This document shows, in pieces, positions 25,996 to 39,304 of a stretch of DNA of 64,000 bases. The translations under genes and the position numbers were made by a program. Position 1 is the stretch's first letter; every line of letters begins with the position of its first letter. The notes under the pieces were generated by a model. It did no database searches, was not told the origin of the DNA, and saw only the letters and a program-made list of their open reading frames with translations. The DNA comes from Hemiscyllium ocellatum (taxonomy: Eukaryota): contig NC_083417.1 in the NCBI RefSeq assembly GCF_020745735.1, forward strand, positions 60,946,001 to 61,010,000, given 5' to 3'.

Positions 25996-26439
25996 GCATT
26001 TAAAGCTGCTTCTGTTTTTTATAAATTTCAATAGAAAATGTAGCTTTGAATAGTTCTTCAACTTGCAATTAAAGATTTCTATGAGAAAGTCAATTTTTTT
26101 TTGTAATGATGTATGTTTCCTCTCTGTAGGGATTCGTTGTGCAAAGGGTTTGACTCCATTTTGATAAGTTACAGTTACAAACACAATCATTCAGTTGTGA
26201 ACTAGAAGTGAGTCTTATGCTTGAAATGGAATTAAATCTGAAAGAAGAATTAAATTTGTCACAAAACTATTTACACAGTTATAATCTGCCATCTGTAACA
26301 GCTTTTTAATATTAGTATAGTCACCACTGCTGAAGTTCTCCAGCATCGACAGTGTTTTGCTTTTATATTGAAGCTATTTCAGTTGATTTCCACAATTTTT
26401 AGGGAATTTTCTTGTAGGTTTTGAGCTCTATTTTAAACA

Positions 26440-26880
26440 AAAACCTAATATTTCCAGAAATACTCAGCAGCTCAGGTAGCATCTATAGAGAGAGGAACAG
26501 AGTTATAATTTCCAATTGATGATTTTTCTTTAAAACTGGGAAATATTAGAAATACAACAAACTTTAAGAGATTCAAAAGGGAATGGAACAGAAAAAGAAT
26601 AAAAGGGAAGGTCTATAATGGGGTGGAAAACATTAGACATTAAATAACAAAAGAGTTTGGAGCAGAGCCAAAGAGAGCGGTAATGAGACAAGTGAATAAA
26701 CAAAGATGTATCTAGAAGAAGTGTGAATGATGGCATAATGAACAGCCAGTGCCCAAAAACAACGGGAATAAAAAGACTAGAACCAAAACCGGCTAATAAA
26801 AAGCAAGTAAACAATAGGGGCAAAGGTTATGGTCTGAAATTATGAAGTCAAAATTTTTGTCCAAAAATTTGCAAAGTCCT
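26440..26880 (-). mobile_element. Degraded PLE pLTR/3' UTR
   Basis: aaatactcagcagctcaggtagcatctatagagagag homologous to 22410-22465; purine-rich + strand like other pLTRs. Confidence 0.5.
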
Positions 26881-27299
26881 GAAAAGATAAATGAGCTATT
26901 TATCAGCTGTGTCTATTGACGCCACAGACTTGGGTGCAATGCACTGCATAAATTCACACATGAGCAATTAACCCATTTCACCTTCAAAGTTTTTATGATA
27001 GTGTATGGGGATGGGGGTGTGAAGGGAGGGGACATCACCAACTGTCGCGGAAGCCCTTGCTCACAACCAGGATTCAGGAGAGAGAGGCAGCAAATGGGAG
27101 GGTTGGTGAGCACAATAGATAGAAACCACGAGGGTTGGCGAACATAAGCTGAAAGTAAGAAAGGGTCAGCATATTTCTTGTAATTTTTCAATTTATGTTA
27201 AAGATGTTATTTCATTCGTAAATTTAGTGATGTAAAATACTTCAGTTTAGATGGTATAATATTTTAATATTTTATTCTGATAAGTAAGATCCTATAGAA

Positions 27300-27650
27300 C
27301 CTATAATTTTAAAATAATTATGGAAAAGGATAGATCTGGTCTACGAGTTAAAGTTCTAAATCAGGGCATGTAAATTTGGATGGTATTAGATAGGGATTTT
27401 CAGAAGTTGATTGAGGGAGGTTGTTTGCAGGGAAAGGGTGAAGTGGAAGGCTTTCAAAAGCAAGATGACAAGGATTCAGTATCAGCATGTTCCTGTTAGT
27501 TTGGAGGACAAGGCAGGAGTTGGGAATACTGGATGACTAGAAATATTGAGGATCTGATCAAGAAAAAGAAGGATGCATACGTCAGATACAGGAAGCTGGG
27601 ATCAAGTGAATCCCTTGAGGAGTATGAAGTGTGTAGGAGTACACTTAAGA
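27300..27650 (+). mobile_element. CR1 ORF2 fragment (between endonuclease and RT)
   Basis: gttaaagttctaaat...tggatgactagaaatattgaggatctgatcaagaaaaagaaggatgcatac (WMTRNIE.LIKKKK.AY). Confidence 0.8.
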
Positions 27651-28453
27651 ATCATTTGACAGAGGACTGTAACTTAAAAGGCACATCCTGTCTTGATCAA
27701 TAGAAAAGTGCACTGTAAATAACAGAGCAACCTACAGTGAGCAGGTGCCAATAAAGACCCAGGAAAACTAATTAACTAACATTTGAATCTTCTGAATGTT
27801 CTGACCCTCCTAAAGACAAAAAGTGTGATGAGACTGGAGCATGGAAAATGTGTTGGCTGTTGCATCAACATTGCTCATTCATGGCATCGGCCATTTTGGA
27901 GATGGTAAGTTTAGGACATTGGGAAGGCTGCCCGTGCCAACAAGGCATGGCTGCAATTTGTCTCATTAAGAGTCATGTTAAAGGTTAACTTAGGTGGCTG
28001 ACTGTAAAATTGCAGTTTCTGAAGATGATAGGGATCAGATCAACTCAGTGCTCCCAGCAAACCAATAGGCCTTCCCTGTTTGGATGGTCGTACAACCAAA
28101 GACCATCCAGTAAAGTGTATACTAATCCCCATTCTCCCACACTAGTGACCTCTCTGTTTTTGTGTTTTGTAAAAGTGAACTTGGCTGAGAGGTCATCTTT
28201 TCGAAGCACCCTCCTGATTACTGTCCTTTGTCCTATAGCTGGTACCTCTCTGAATCCTTTGATTAGCCTTCCAGTTTCTAGCGATCACCCACTATCATTT
28301 ATTGAACAAAGAACATGTCCCCAGGCCAATTATTGGCTTACCTGTGGCGATAGGTTTCTGTTTCAAAAACAAACCCAAGCCCTCTTTCCAGTCTTCATGG
28401 TGTGAATTCAGCTATAAGTATTTCACAATGAAACATAGCAAGTAAATAATCTT

Positions 28454-28655
28454 AAAAATGTGTTGCTGGGAAAGCGCAGCAGGTCAGGGACCATCAAAGG
28501 AACAGGAGAATCAACATTTCAGGCATAAGCCCTTCTTTAGGCTTATGCCCGAAACGTCGATTCTCCTGCTCCTTTGATGCTACCTGACCTGCTGCGCTTT
28601 TCCAGCAACACATTTTTAAGCTCTGATATCCAGCATCTGCAGTCCTCACTTTCTC
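28454..28655 (+). mobile_element. Palindromic mini-PLE insertion; hammerhead disrupted at the fold-back junction
   Basis: 15-bp TSD caagtaaataatctt (28439-28453 / 28656-28670); head-to-head inverted arms. Confidence 0.9.
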
Positions 28656-28953
28656 CAAGTAAATAATCTTGCCAACAGATAATAATATTCCAACAAAAAT
28701 AATCTAATAAATACAGGAAGTAGAAGTTGAAACTCAATTCAGTTTTGATGTGATAAGTGAATAACCAGAGTTCTTTCTGCCTGAAATAAATGGAAACTTA
28801 AGACAGTATAACCAGTAACTTTGAAATTGATATGACTTGCATTTATTCTAAAAGCCTAATGTTATAAGCAATAGGGACATTTTATTTGGTTGGGACTGTA
28901 GTAAATCTTTTAGGTTGATTTTCCTAATCCTTGCTCATGAGAAGTTTCCAAGT

Positions 28954-29237
28954 GGGCGGCACGGTGGCACAGTGGTTAGCACTGCTGCCTCACAGCGCCT
29001 GAGACCCGGGTTCAGTTCCCGACTCAGGCGACTCACTGTGTGGAGTTTGCACGTTCTCCCCGTGTCTGCGTGGGTTTCCTCCGGGTGCTCCGGTTTCCTC
29101 CCACAGTCCAAAGATGTGCAGGTCAGGTGAATTGTCCGTAGTGTTAGGTAAGGGGTAAATGTAGGGGTATGGGTGGGTTGCGCTTCGGCGGGTTGGTGTG
29201 GACTTGTTTCCACTACTATAAGTAATCTAATCTAAAA
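28954..29237 (+). mobile_element. HE1-like V-SINE, young
   Basis: gggcggcacggtggcacagtggttagc A-box head, B-box, V-domain, taatc tail; CpGs retained; very similar to 38947 and 60540 copies. Confidence 0.95.
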
Positions 29238-30704
29238 GGGAATCTGGGGTAAGATTGGCTAAATAGTACATATATAAGATAAGCACTGGTACCTGATTAA
29301 TGCCTGGAATTCATGTGTTAATCAGAGGAATTTAAATGTGGCCAGAAGCAGGAGTTCTTGGCCTTTTGCCTTAATTTCTGGAATCACCTCTGCTTGGAAT
29401 CTCAGTTCAACAGTTCCTAACAATGATGGAGTCATGACTTACCCATTTGCACTGAAAGACCAGCAGCTGTGGTTCCCATTTCTGTCCCATTCGCTGGCAC
29501 TAGAAGGCTGACTTATCCCAGGGGTTTTAATCCTGCACCTGCCCAGAATCTTACACATCCTGTCCAATGTCAAGATGGAGGAGGTGAGGGTGGTGAAACA
29601 TGAGACATTTTTAATACTTATTTCAAATATGTTACTGCAGTAGCTGAATACAACACTCAGCAGTAATTGTGCAGAAAGGGCCTTGTGATCAATGCACACT
29701 ATACACTACTTCTCCAAACAGACAGCCCTGACACTCGGTGTAGTTTACTGTCTCCAGCTATACCTATTTGTGTTGGCTAACAGGATTATTATTACCCAGC
29801 TCAGATGGATTTTCAGTATTTATAAAATAATCCTGCTACATTTCTAATACCATGAATTAGCAAATGACCTGCCAGACTGTACTGCTGCACGTACATAATA
29901 CACTGATTAAGGGCATGATTTGCCATGTAATTTTGATAGCTCAAGCTAAGGCATAACTTATATTAGAAAACAGTACAGTGTAACAGCTCAATTTAGAATA
30001 GAAACCAGTCCCATTTTTCACAATCCAGTTCCAGGATTTAAAATCCTGATTCCGCTTTCCAACTGAGTAAAGGCAAGTGTTTAGGTAAGGGGTTACAGTG
30101 CCTTGTAGTATAGATTAGGAGACTAGGTGGATGAAGGAGTGGTGGTGGAACGTATATAAAGGGGCAAGGATGCCATGTGAGTGAGGAATTGAATGGTAGC
30201 TAGGTGTGGGCTGAAAGCTATGTGGGTGCAATGTAGAGTGTCAAGTAGATGAGAGTAGGGGTGCCAAGTGGAAGAAGGATAGCATGCAGGGTAAGTGAGG
30301 GAGTAAGGTGGCAAGTAACTTTGTGAGTGCTAAGGGTACTTAGTGTGGGGTCTAGTGGGGGGATTCTGGAAATGGCTTATTGGAGGTAGTTGGGGTCAGA
30401 TCAGGCTTGATAGAGGCAGGATTAAGGGAGTTGGGAGTCAGATCAAATCTGAACTTAAGTGTCTATAAGTGATTGAAATGGAATCCATTTGATAGGAGTT
30501 AGAGCTGGTTTTAAATCCTCCAATATTTTCTGGGCAACTATTAACCAAGTCAATTGACTCCAAAGTCTGTAACTCTAGCGTCAAATTGGTTGCAGATGCT
30601 GGGTAATCTCCCATTGAAAGTTTAAGCTTCCAGCATAATTCTTGGAGAGTCAGCTGCTTTGGGACCTATTCAAGGTCCTGATGCACAACTCTTACAAAAA
30701 AAAC

Positions 30705-33250
30705 AAAGAAAAATTACAGCACAGAAGGACCATTCAGCTCATCTTGTCTACGCCAACCCAAAACGCCTAGCTGCCCTATCTCATCCCATCTTCCTGCACA
30801 CAGCCCATATCCCTGCCGCTTATAGCTGCACCACTGATGGTGCAGATTCAGGTACTTTTTTAAAAAAAGGTTAGAGTCTTCGCCTCCACCAGGAACTGAG
30901 GCAGCAAATTCCAGACACCAGTCTCCGTGTTAAAAAGTTTTTCCTCATTTTCCCTCTAATCCTCTGTCACTTAGCTTGAATCTATGATCCCTGTGTTTTG
31001 AACTCTCTGCCAAGGGAAACAAGTTCCTCCTCACTACTCTGTCACTACCCCTCACAACTTTTTTTATATCTCAATCATGTCACCTCTCAGCCTTCTCTGC
31101 TCCAAGAGTAACAACCCAAATCTTTCCAATCCCTGCTCATAACTACAATTATCCACCTGGCAACATTCTAGTAAATCTGTCCTCTCTGCAGAGCAATTAC
31201 ATCCTTCCTGTAATGTGATGGCCAGAACTGCACACAATACTCCAGTTGTGGCCTCACCAGTGCCTTATACAGTTTCATCAATATATCCCTACTTTTGTAT
31301 TCTATGCCTCTGTCAATGAAGGAAAACATTCCATATGCATTCTTTACAATCTTATCTACCTGTACTGCTACCTTTAGGGATCTGTGCATTTTCTACGTTC
31401 AGGGGTCTATCACTTATCCTTCTGTTTATTGTGTATCCCCTATTCCTGTTTAATTTCACTAAATGCATTACCTCACATTTATCAGAATTGAACTTCATCT
31501 GGTAGGAACTTTTTCCTACCCAGTCCACTAACCCATCTATATCATTTTGGAACTTACAGCCATCCCCTACACTATCTATTACACAGCCAATTGTTGTGTC
31601 CTCTGCAAATTTCCCAATTGTGCTCCCTCATTCTAACCCAAATCATTAATGTGCAACGCAACAGCAGAGATCCCAACACTGAGCCCTGCTGAACACCACT
31701 TGAAACAGCTTTCCATTCACAAGGGCAGCCATTGATCATTACACTTTGTTTCCTGTTACTAAACCAGTATTGGATCCAATTCAACACATTCCACATTGTC
31801 ACTTCCTCAAAGAATTCAACCAAATTTGTAAAGGATGATGTTATTAACAAAGCCTTGCTGACCATTCCTGACTCATCCTTACTTTTCTAAGTGACAGTTT
31901 ATCCAATCTGTCAGGATTGAGGCTAATAATTTGCCCACCACTGAAGTAAGACTAATTGGTTTATAATTGTTTAGCATTGCTTTTGTACCCTTTTTAAAAG
32001 GTAGAATCACATTTGCGTTCCTCCAATCCTCTGGCACCTCACCTGTGTCTAGTGAAGATCGGAAAATAATCCTCAGATCATTTGCTATTTCCTTCCTGAC
32101 TTCCTTCATCATCCTTGGGAACAATCCATTTGGCTCTGGCGACTTAACCACTTCCAAGGATTCTGACTCCTCAAACACTTCCTCTCTCATTATGATTATT
32201 TTGTCCAATATTTTACACTGTTCCTCTTGGATTACTATATCCACATCATCCCTTTTCTTTGTGAATAAGGAGACAAAACAGCATTTAAAATTCTTCCTGT
32301 ATCTTCTGCAAGTTCTTTACATGAGTTCTCTTCATCTCTGAAAGGTCCTACCTTTCTCTTAACTATCCTTTTGCATTTTATATACAAGAAAAACATCTTT
32401 GGGTTTTCCTTTATCCTGCTTGCTAATATTTTCCATGCCCTCACTTTGATTTTTTAAAAATTTGATCACTGTACTTATTATGGTCTCCTAGGCTATCTGC
32501 AGTGTTGAGCTTTTTGTGACTATCATTAGCTTTCTTTTTCTGTTGAATCTTCCCCTCTACTTTTCTAGACAACCTTAGGGGTCTGGACTTGGCAGCACCA
32601 TTTTTATTTTTAGATGAGACATGTCTGCTTTGTCTCCAAAGATCTCACTTTTTAGTGTCTTCCACTGGTTTACCATTGATTTACCATCAATATATCCTTT
32701 AGCAGTCCAGTCCAGACCACCTCTGCCGAATCACTTGTCAATTTTATAACATTTGCCTTCCCCAGTTAAAACTTTTACTCTGTCTTTTATCTCTGTCTTT
32801 TTCCATAGAAGTACTAAATCTAACTAAATTATGATCACTATCCATGATTTAAGTCACCCACTGTCATTTTATCCACTTGCCCAAATCTAAATCCAAAATT
32901 ACCTCTCCTCTCATTGGGCTTATCATGTCATGTTTTTAAAACATCCTGGACACAAAACATAAATTTTGCACCCTTTATACCCCTTAAATTGTTTGTAACT
33001 CACTTGATATTGGGATAGTTAAAATCTCCTACTATTATTGTCCACTTATTCCTACATGCAGAAATTTGTCTATTTATATGTTCTTCTATCTCCCTTCCAC
33101 TAATTGGGGGCTTTGTAGTATACTCTTGGTAGTGTGACTGCCCCTTTTTTATTCCTAAACTCAACCTTTAAAGTCTAATTTGTTAATCTGTTTATAATTT
33201 CATCCCTTCTCACAACTGTAATTGATTTTTTTAACCAATGCTGCTAACCA
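30705..33250 (-). mobile_element. CR1 LINE, long decayed ORF2 + 3' tail
   Basis: ORFs 31168-31389, 31572-31865, 31879-32244, 32235-32444: VPEDWRNANV, NYKPISLTSVVGK, SGVQQGSVLG, RPQLEYCVQFW. Confidence 0.92.
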
Positions 33251-33259
33251 GCGTGGCTT

Positions 33260-34765
33260 TTGCCTGCATCATCTTTAAAAGCCCATCATGCACCCAGACA
33301 AATACTGTCAGTCCAGAGCTACCCTGCACAGTTCCTGACATTTACCCAAGATAAGAGAAAGTTGGTACCCTGGTTTGCAGGCGGGAACCTGGACGTCCTG
33401 CTGGACAGGCTAGTGTAGATTTGGCAAGTGCTCCTCCATTACAACTAACAGTGAAGGCTATGACACCAGACCATGCCAACCTGTTCCAAGTTGCCATGCA
33501 AGACAATGCAACTTAAACTGATTAGAGAAATGTCCAGCACTGTAGGAAAAATATCAATGACCTTCCCTATGCTGTCACCATTTTCTCTACGATACTTCAC
33601 ACTCACCCTGTCTCTGTTCCTGAACTGGCCTCCAACCAACACTCACGCTCTACCACTCTCATTATTGCCAGCAACATCTTGTCCATTCACTCTCACCCAC
33701 CCCAGCCCTGACACCACTAACCCTACATGACCCCTGAGTTGCAATAATAGCTATTCCACACATTTTCGTATCATTATTATCTGCTTTTCTCTCATACCAG
33801 GAAGAAAACAGCCCTTAGTAGGTCTGAAAGAGTCAAGTTGAATTGTGGGCTACCTGACATTTGGTTCCTCACGCCCTATCTGAAGGACATCCTGATTCTG
33901 ACCATGCTGTGCAGCTGACTGATTGTGTACTAGCCTCTGGACTGGTATTGGAAGCTGCCCTTGACTTACTGTGCTGTCTATCTCCCTTAACTTGACTGAC
34001 CCTGATGACAACCATATCTGGTTTCTGCCTTTGTGCCTGTACTAAATGGCAAGGCAAGACAGAAGTCTCTGACAGAGGGGGCAAAGCACAATAAAGAATG
34101 AACAAGGCGGGGATACTGTGATCATTCAGGTAGGCCCAAAATGAGCAAACACCATGACAGGGAGTGAAAAGTACAAGATGCTGCATGGTCCAATCCATGA
34201 GCTGGATGTGAATCCCTAAATGCAAGATGTCCTTGCTGTGGCATTAGAATGATAGTTGCTGGTGCAGCCTGAGGTGCAGTATTGAAGCGTGGAAACATTT
34301 TGCAAATGGATTGGAGATGTTCCATGAGGATTTTTAAAAGCATGCACATGCTTGATGCCAATATCAATGGACTTGGAGTGTGTGGCCAATTCCATGGAGC
34401 ATGCCCTGAGATTTTGTGTCCGGTATCCAAAATGGAAGTCATTTGGAGCAAGCTACAAGCTGAAATCAGGAAGTACCCATTCAGTTTTCTCAGTTGTGAA
34501 TTCTCAACCTCAGCTCATTCGATAAAATGGGAAACTGAATATTCATGAGGTGAGGTGAGTTGGCTATGAATAAGGCATTCAACAAGCAATAAACCCTTTC
34601 AATAAGTAAATTGCCATTGCCAAGTGATAAATATGCCTCGATGCTCAGCAGGTACATAAATGGCAGAGCAAGAATCATCCAAGAGAAACCTTATCAGACT
34701 TCTCACTGTGTTTGGCCACAAGTCTTGCATAGCTTACATCACTTATGCACCGTAAGATTCTGCCC
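33260..34765 (+). mobile_element. TIR element with decayed spliced Myb/SANT gene (Harbinger-like)
   Basis: P.F....LDVLLD...RNVQHCRKNINDL (33365-33570); acceptor ctctcataccag followed by KKTA...ER.K...G.PDI..LTPY; 3' terminus gtaagattctgccc (34752-34765). Confidence 0.65.
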
Positions 34766-34958
34766 AGTCAGTTATGAAATCAAGTGTGAATGACTTTTGT
34801 CCTGAGCAGCAGTCAATCAGACAAATTAGTGCCTTTGGGATTTCATACATTTATATATTTTGGAATGGCTTGTGGAAACAGTGAGCATGGTTATTGGCAC
34901 ATTGTTCCCAGTTAAGTCATGACAGTGTTAATAAGACAGAAAAAGATTTGCCTCATAA

Positions 34959-34960
34959 TG

Positions 34961-34992
<32 letters not shown>
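34959..34992. repeat. (TG)n/(TATG)n microsatellite
   Basis: Directly visible. Confidence 0.95.
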
Positions 34993-34993
<1 letters not shown>

Positions 34994-36029
34994 AATGCCT
35001 TCCACTGGAGTTAATCCCATCCTACTTCATAGCTGGATAACTGCATCTGGTCCTTGGTACTCACAGAGCAGTCATACCCAGTAGTGTGTGTGCATTTTGC
35101 AGGTCAGACCAAATGAGAGTGGTGTGTGAGCTGCTGCCTACCTGTGAGGAAGAACATCTATCACCAACTACCCTTTTTCAAGTGCTCAAGCAAAGCTACT
35201 TTGATGGATATGTCAGAGGAAGTGGTATTCCCTTAATTGTGCTGAAAGCACACCATTACAACTGTATGAACAGCTGTAAAGTTCAATGACATAGATGCAA
35301 AAAGTGGTGCACGTCATCATTGCAATCAATCACATCTCCAGTCATTTTGACCATTTAAGCCACAGAAAACGGATAAGATCAAGAGAATGGAGCTAGCCAA
35401 GCACAATCTAGCTCCATTGTAATCAACTCATGCACAATGTTTTCTTGTGTGCACATCTTATAACTTCCTGTTATGTCCTGAAGATCCACTCCAGGCACTA
35501 TAATAAACGGTGTATTGTGAATGAGATAGTTTCTTGGAATATATAATCTCTACTTGATAGAGATAACAGCTCCAGGGTAGAACTGTGTCGGTTTGCACGG
35601 AGCTATCATTATACAATATTAAAATTACTGCTTTAAATGAAATTCACCCAGCAGAGAAGAATAGCTAACAGAGCTATCTGCAGGCTACACATTCTTCTGT
35701 TTATTCAAGTCAAAGAGTGAGAGGAAAGTGTTGGCTTATCAAGTCTGAAACTGCAAAACATTTGGATACTCTCCCAAGGGGATAAACAATTGCTGTATGA
35801 CACGACATCTATCCCTCAGCACCAGCATGTGACAAGCTGAGCTACAGTCCAAGAAATACTGTGTGTGATTGATAGAGCTGCTGCAAATACTCCAGAGGTG
35901 AACAGGTCTTTCTGATGGGGGACTTCATTGCAAGAAAAGGGACTGACTTGCAGGCTTGGGATGATATAATGGGAAGTCAAGATGTGCAAAATGCAACAAC
36001 AATGATATGCTTTTATTATTCATTCATAG

Positions 36030-37180
36030 GAAGAGGATTGGGCCAGCAATTGTTGCAATCAGATCAAGGTTAGGGTCAGTTAATAGTTTCTAGTTGCCCT
36101 TGAGAAGATGGTGGTGAGCTGCTTTCTTGAACCACTGCAGTCCATGTGCTGCAGGTAGACCCACAATACCATAGAGGGAGTTCCAAGATTTTGACCCAGC
36201 AATGCTGAAGGAACGGCAATGTATTTCCAAGTCAGGATGTTGAGTGGCTTGTTTTGGAACTTACAGACATTGGTGTTCTCATGTATCTATTGCCCTTTCC
36301 CTTCAAGCTAGAAGTGGTTGTGAGTTTGGCAGGTGTTGTCTAAAGAGCTTTGATGAATTTCTGCTGTGCATCTTGAAGATAGTATACATTGCTGCTCCTG
36401 AGCAGCAGTGGTGGAGCAAGTCAATGCTCTGGTTGTGAAGCTAGTCAAATAGGCTGTTTTGTCCTGGGTGGTGTCAAGCTTTATTGAGTGTTGTTGGAGC
36501 AACACTCATCCAGGCACATGGCGAGTATTCCATCACACTCCTGACTTGTGCCTTTTAAATATGGGACAGATTTTGGGGAGTCAGGAAGTGAGTTACTTGC
36601 GACAGGATTCCTAGCCGCTGACTTGCACTTGGAGCCACTGTATTTATATGGTTAGTCCAATTCAGTTTCTGGTCAATGGTAAGCCCCCAGGACATTGCTG
36701 CTGGGAGATTCGGTGATGGTAATGCCATTGCATGTCAAGGGGTGATAGAGATGTTAGAGATGGAAATTGCCTAGCACTTTTGTGGCACAAATTGCTACTT
36801 TTCAGCTCAAGCATGAATATTGGATGGCATGGTAGCTCATTGGTTAGCACTGCTGCCTCACAACATCAGAGACTTGGGTTCAATTCCCACCTTGGGCAAC
36901 TGTCTGTGTGGAATTTGCACATTCTCCCTATGTCTGTGTGGGTTTGCTCCAGCTTCCTCCCACAATCCAAAGATGTGCAGGTCAGGTGAATTAACTATGC
37001 TAAATTGCCCACAGTGTTAAGTAGGGTAGGGAAATAGGTCTGGGTGGGTTACTCTTCGGAGGGTCGGTATGGACTTGTTGGGCCTAAGGGCCTGTTTCCA
37101 TACTGTAGAGAATCTAATCTTTAAAAAAAAGTCGAGGTCTTGCTGCAATTGTATATGGACTGGTTCAGTATCTGAGGTGT
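36030..37180 (-). mobile_element. 3' part of the 14.7-17.1 kb LINE family, interrupted by a V-SINE at 36822-37120
   Basis: Reverse complement of 16250-17050; resumes after the SINE at gtcgaggtcttgctgc. Confidence 0.85.
36822..37120 (+). mobile_element. HE1-like V-SINE (nested)
   Basis: tRNA-like head, V-domain, aatctaatct tail. Confidence 0.9.
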
Positions 37181-37181
37181 T

Positions 37182-37975
37182 GCGATTGAGTTTTTTTGAA
37201 GAAGTAACAAAGAGGATTGATGAGGACAGAGCAGTAGATGTGATCTATATGGACTTCAGTAAGGCGTTCGGCAAGGTTCCCCATGGGAGACTGATTAGCA
37301 AAGTTAGATCTCATGGAATACAGGGAGAACTAGCCATTTGGATACAGAACTGACTCAAAGGTAGAAGACAGAGGGTGGTGGTGGAGGGGTTCTTTTCAGA
37401 CTGAAGGCCTGTGACCATTGGAGTGCCAAAAGGATCGGTGCTGGGTCCTCTACTTTTTGTAATTTACATAAATGATTTGGATGCGAACATAAGAGGTACA
37501 GTTAGCAGGTTTGCAGATGACACCAAAATTGGAGGTGTAGTAGGCAGCGAAGAGGGCTACCTCAGATTACAACAGGCTCTTGACCAGATGGGCCAATGGG
37601 CTGAGAAGTGGCAGATGGAGTTTAATTCAGATAAATGCGAGGTGCTGCATTTTGGGAAAGCAAATCTTACCAGGACATATACACTTAATGGTAAGGTCCT
37701 AGGGAGTGTTGCTGAACAAAGAGACCTTGGAGTGCAGGTTCATAGCTCCTTGAAAGTGGAGCCGCAGGTAGATAGGATAGTGAAGAAGGCGTTTGGTATG
37801 CTTTCCTTCATTGATCAGAGTATTGAGTATAGGAGTTGGGAGGTCATGGCGCGGATGTACAGGACATTGGTTAGGCCACTGTTGGAATATTGTGTGCAAT
37901 TCTGGTCTCCTTCCTATCGGAAAGATGTTGTGAAATTTGAAAGGATTCAGAAAAGATTTACAAGGATGTTGCCTT
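37182..37975 (+). mobile_element. HER1-like CR1 LINE RT fragment
   Basis: YMDFSKAF.KVPH, GVPKGSVLGPLLFVIYINDL, FADDTK, RPLLEYCVQFWSP in ORFs 37069-37353 and 37411-37977. Confidence 0.95.
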
Positions 37976-38477
37976 GAGTAACCAGGAAAATCTGAGCAAT
38001 GTTGATCACTTGAAAAAGTTTCTTGTCCTCTGCTTTTCTATTGACTGAAGTCTTCCCACTTGAGTGAAATCTGTTCCGTACAAGTCTCCAACATGACACG
38101 ACTTTAAATTTTCAGCTAACTGTTACCTGATAGCTAGTTTTTTTTTATCAGCACATCTGAGTTATTACTTTATGCTGGAAACTTAAACTTTCAATGGGAG
38201 ATTACCCAGCATCTGCAACCAATTTGAAGCTAGAGTTACAGACTTTGTTTTGTGCAGCCTGAGAGAATCGAACAACCCAGTGAAAGATTCTGCTGGAGCT
38301 CCATGTTTTCCAAAACGTGAAAGAGTATAAGTTGTGACAAAGTAAGAGATCGGTTACTCTTTGAGCCTGTGGAATCTCCAGAGACCAACGTTCATGCTAA
38401 GAAAAACGTAGAGGCCAGTTTAAAAACATCAAAAACACAACAGGAAACACAAATGTCCCATTCATCCATGTTAGACA

Positions 38478-38790
38478 TGGCTCAAGTGGGAGCACTCTTG
38501 CCTCTGAATCAAAAGAATGTGGGTTCAGTCTAATCCCAGAGGCTTCCATACAATCTAGGTTGACACTTAGAGCAATATCTGTAAGGCTGCATCTCTGTAA
38601 ATGCAGTACCCCCTTTCAGATAAGAGGTCCTCTCTTTCCTCTCAAGTGGATGTAAAAGATATATGAGTATGGGAGCTCTACCCAGCATCTTGGTCAATAT
38701 ATTTTAGCCAATGTAACTAGAAGACAACTATTTGTTTATTATCACGTTGCTGTTGGTGGGAGTTTGCTGTCTACACTTTGCTGTGACATG
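38478..38790 (+). mobile_element. Deu-domain SINE (DeuSINE-like), diverged
   Basis: tRNA-like head agcactcttgcctctga...gtgggttca; Deu-like ctctcaagtggatgtaaaagat and attatcacgttgctgttggtgggagtttgctgt. Confidence 0.7.
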
Positions 38791-38946
38791 ACTCACTGTT
38801 CTGTAAATCAAACCCTATTGCTTCCCAAGTAATCAAAAACGAGAAAATTTGCCATCAACAAATGGAGGTCTTGCTGCTTTGTCTGGGCATAGTGTCCTCA
38901 AGAGTGACTTTGCACTGATTTTTTTTTTGGCTAGGTTTAAGTTTGT

Positions 38947-39265
38947 GGGCGGCACGGTGGCACAGTGGTTAGCACTGCTGCCTCACAGCGCCTGAAGACC
39001 CGGGTTCAATTCCCGACTCAGGCGACTGACTGTGTGGAGTTTGCACGTTCTCCCCGTGTCTGCGTGGGTTTCCTCCGGGTGCTCCGGTTTCCTCCCACAG
39101 TCCAAAGATGTGCGGGTCAGGTGAATTGGCCAAGCTAAATTGCCCGTAGTGTTAGGTAAGGGGTAATGTAGGGGTATGGGTGGGTTTCGCTTCGGCGGGT
39201 CGGTGTGGACTTGTTGGGCCGAAGGGCCTGTTTCCACACTGTAAGTCTAATCTAATCTAATCTAA
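38947..39265 (+). mobile_element. HE1-like V-SINE, full length, young
   Basis: Complete head, V-domain and tail with (tctaa)4; CpGs intact. Confidence 0.95.
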
Positions 39266-39304
39266 GTTGCATAGAGTTTTTAGAGGGTTTTTTGCTGTAG
39301 GGCC

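Noticed and set aside
26130-26207. Segment with strong acceptor and GAA|gtgagt donor
   Set aside because: Stops in all three frames, so not an internal coding exon; a non-coding exon cannot be excluded.
28954-29030. tRNA-like sequences with A/B boxes (also 38947, 60770, 38478)
   Set aside because: They continue directly into SINE bodies and tails, so they are SINE heads rather than tRNA genes.
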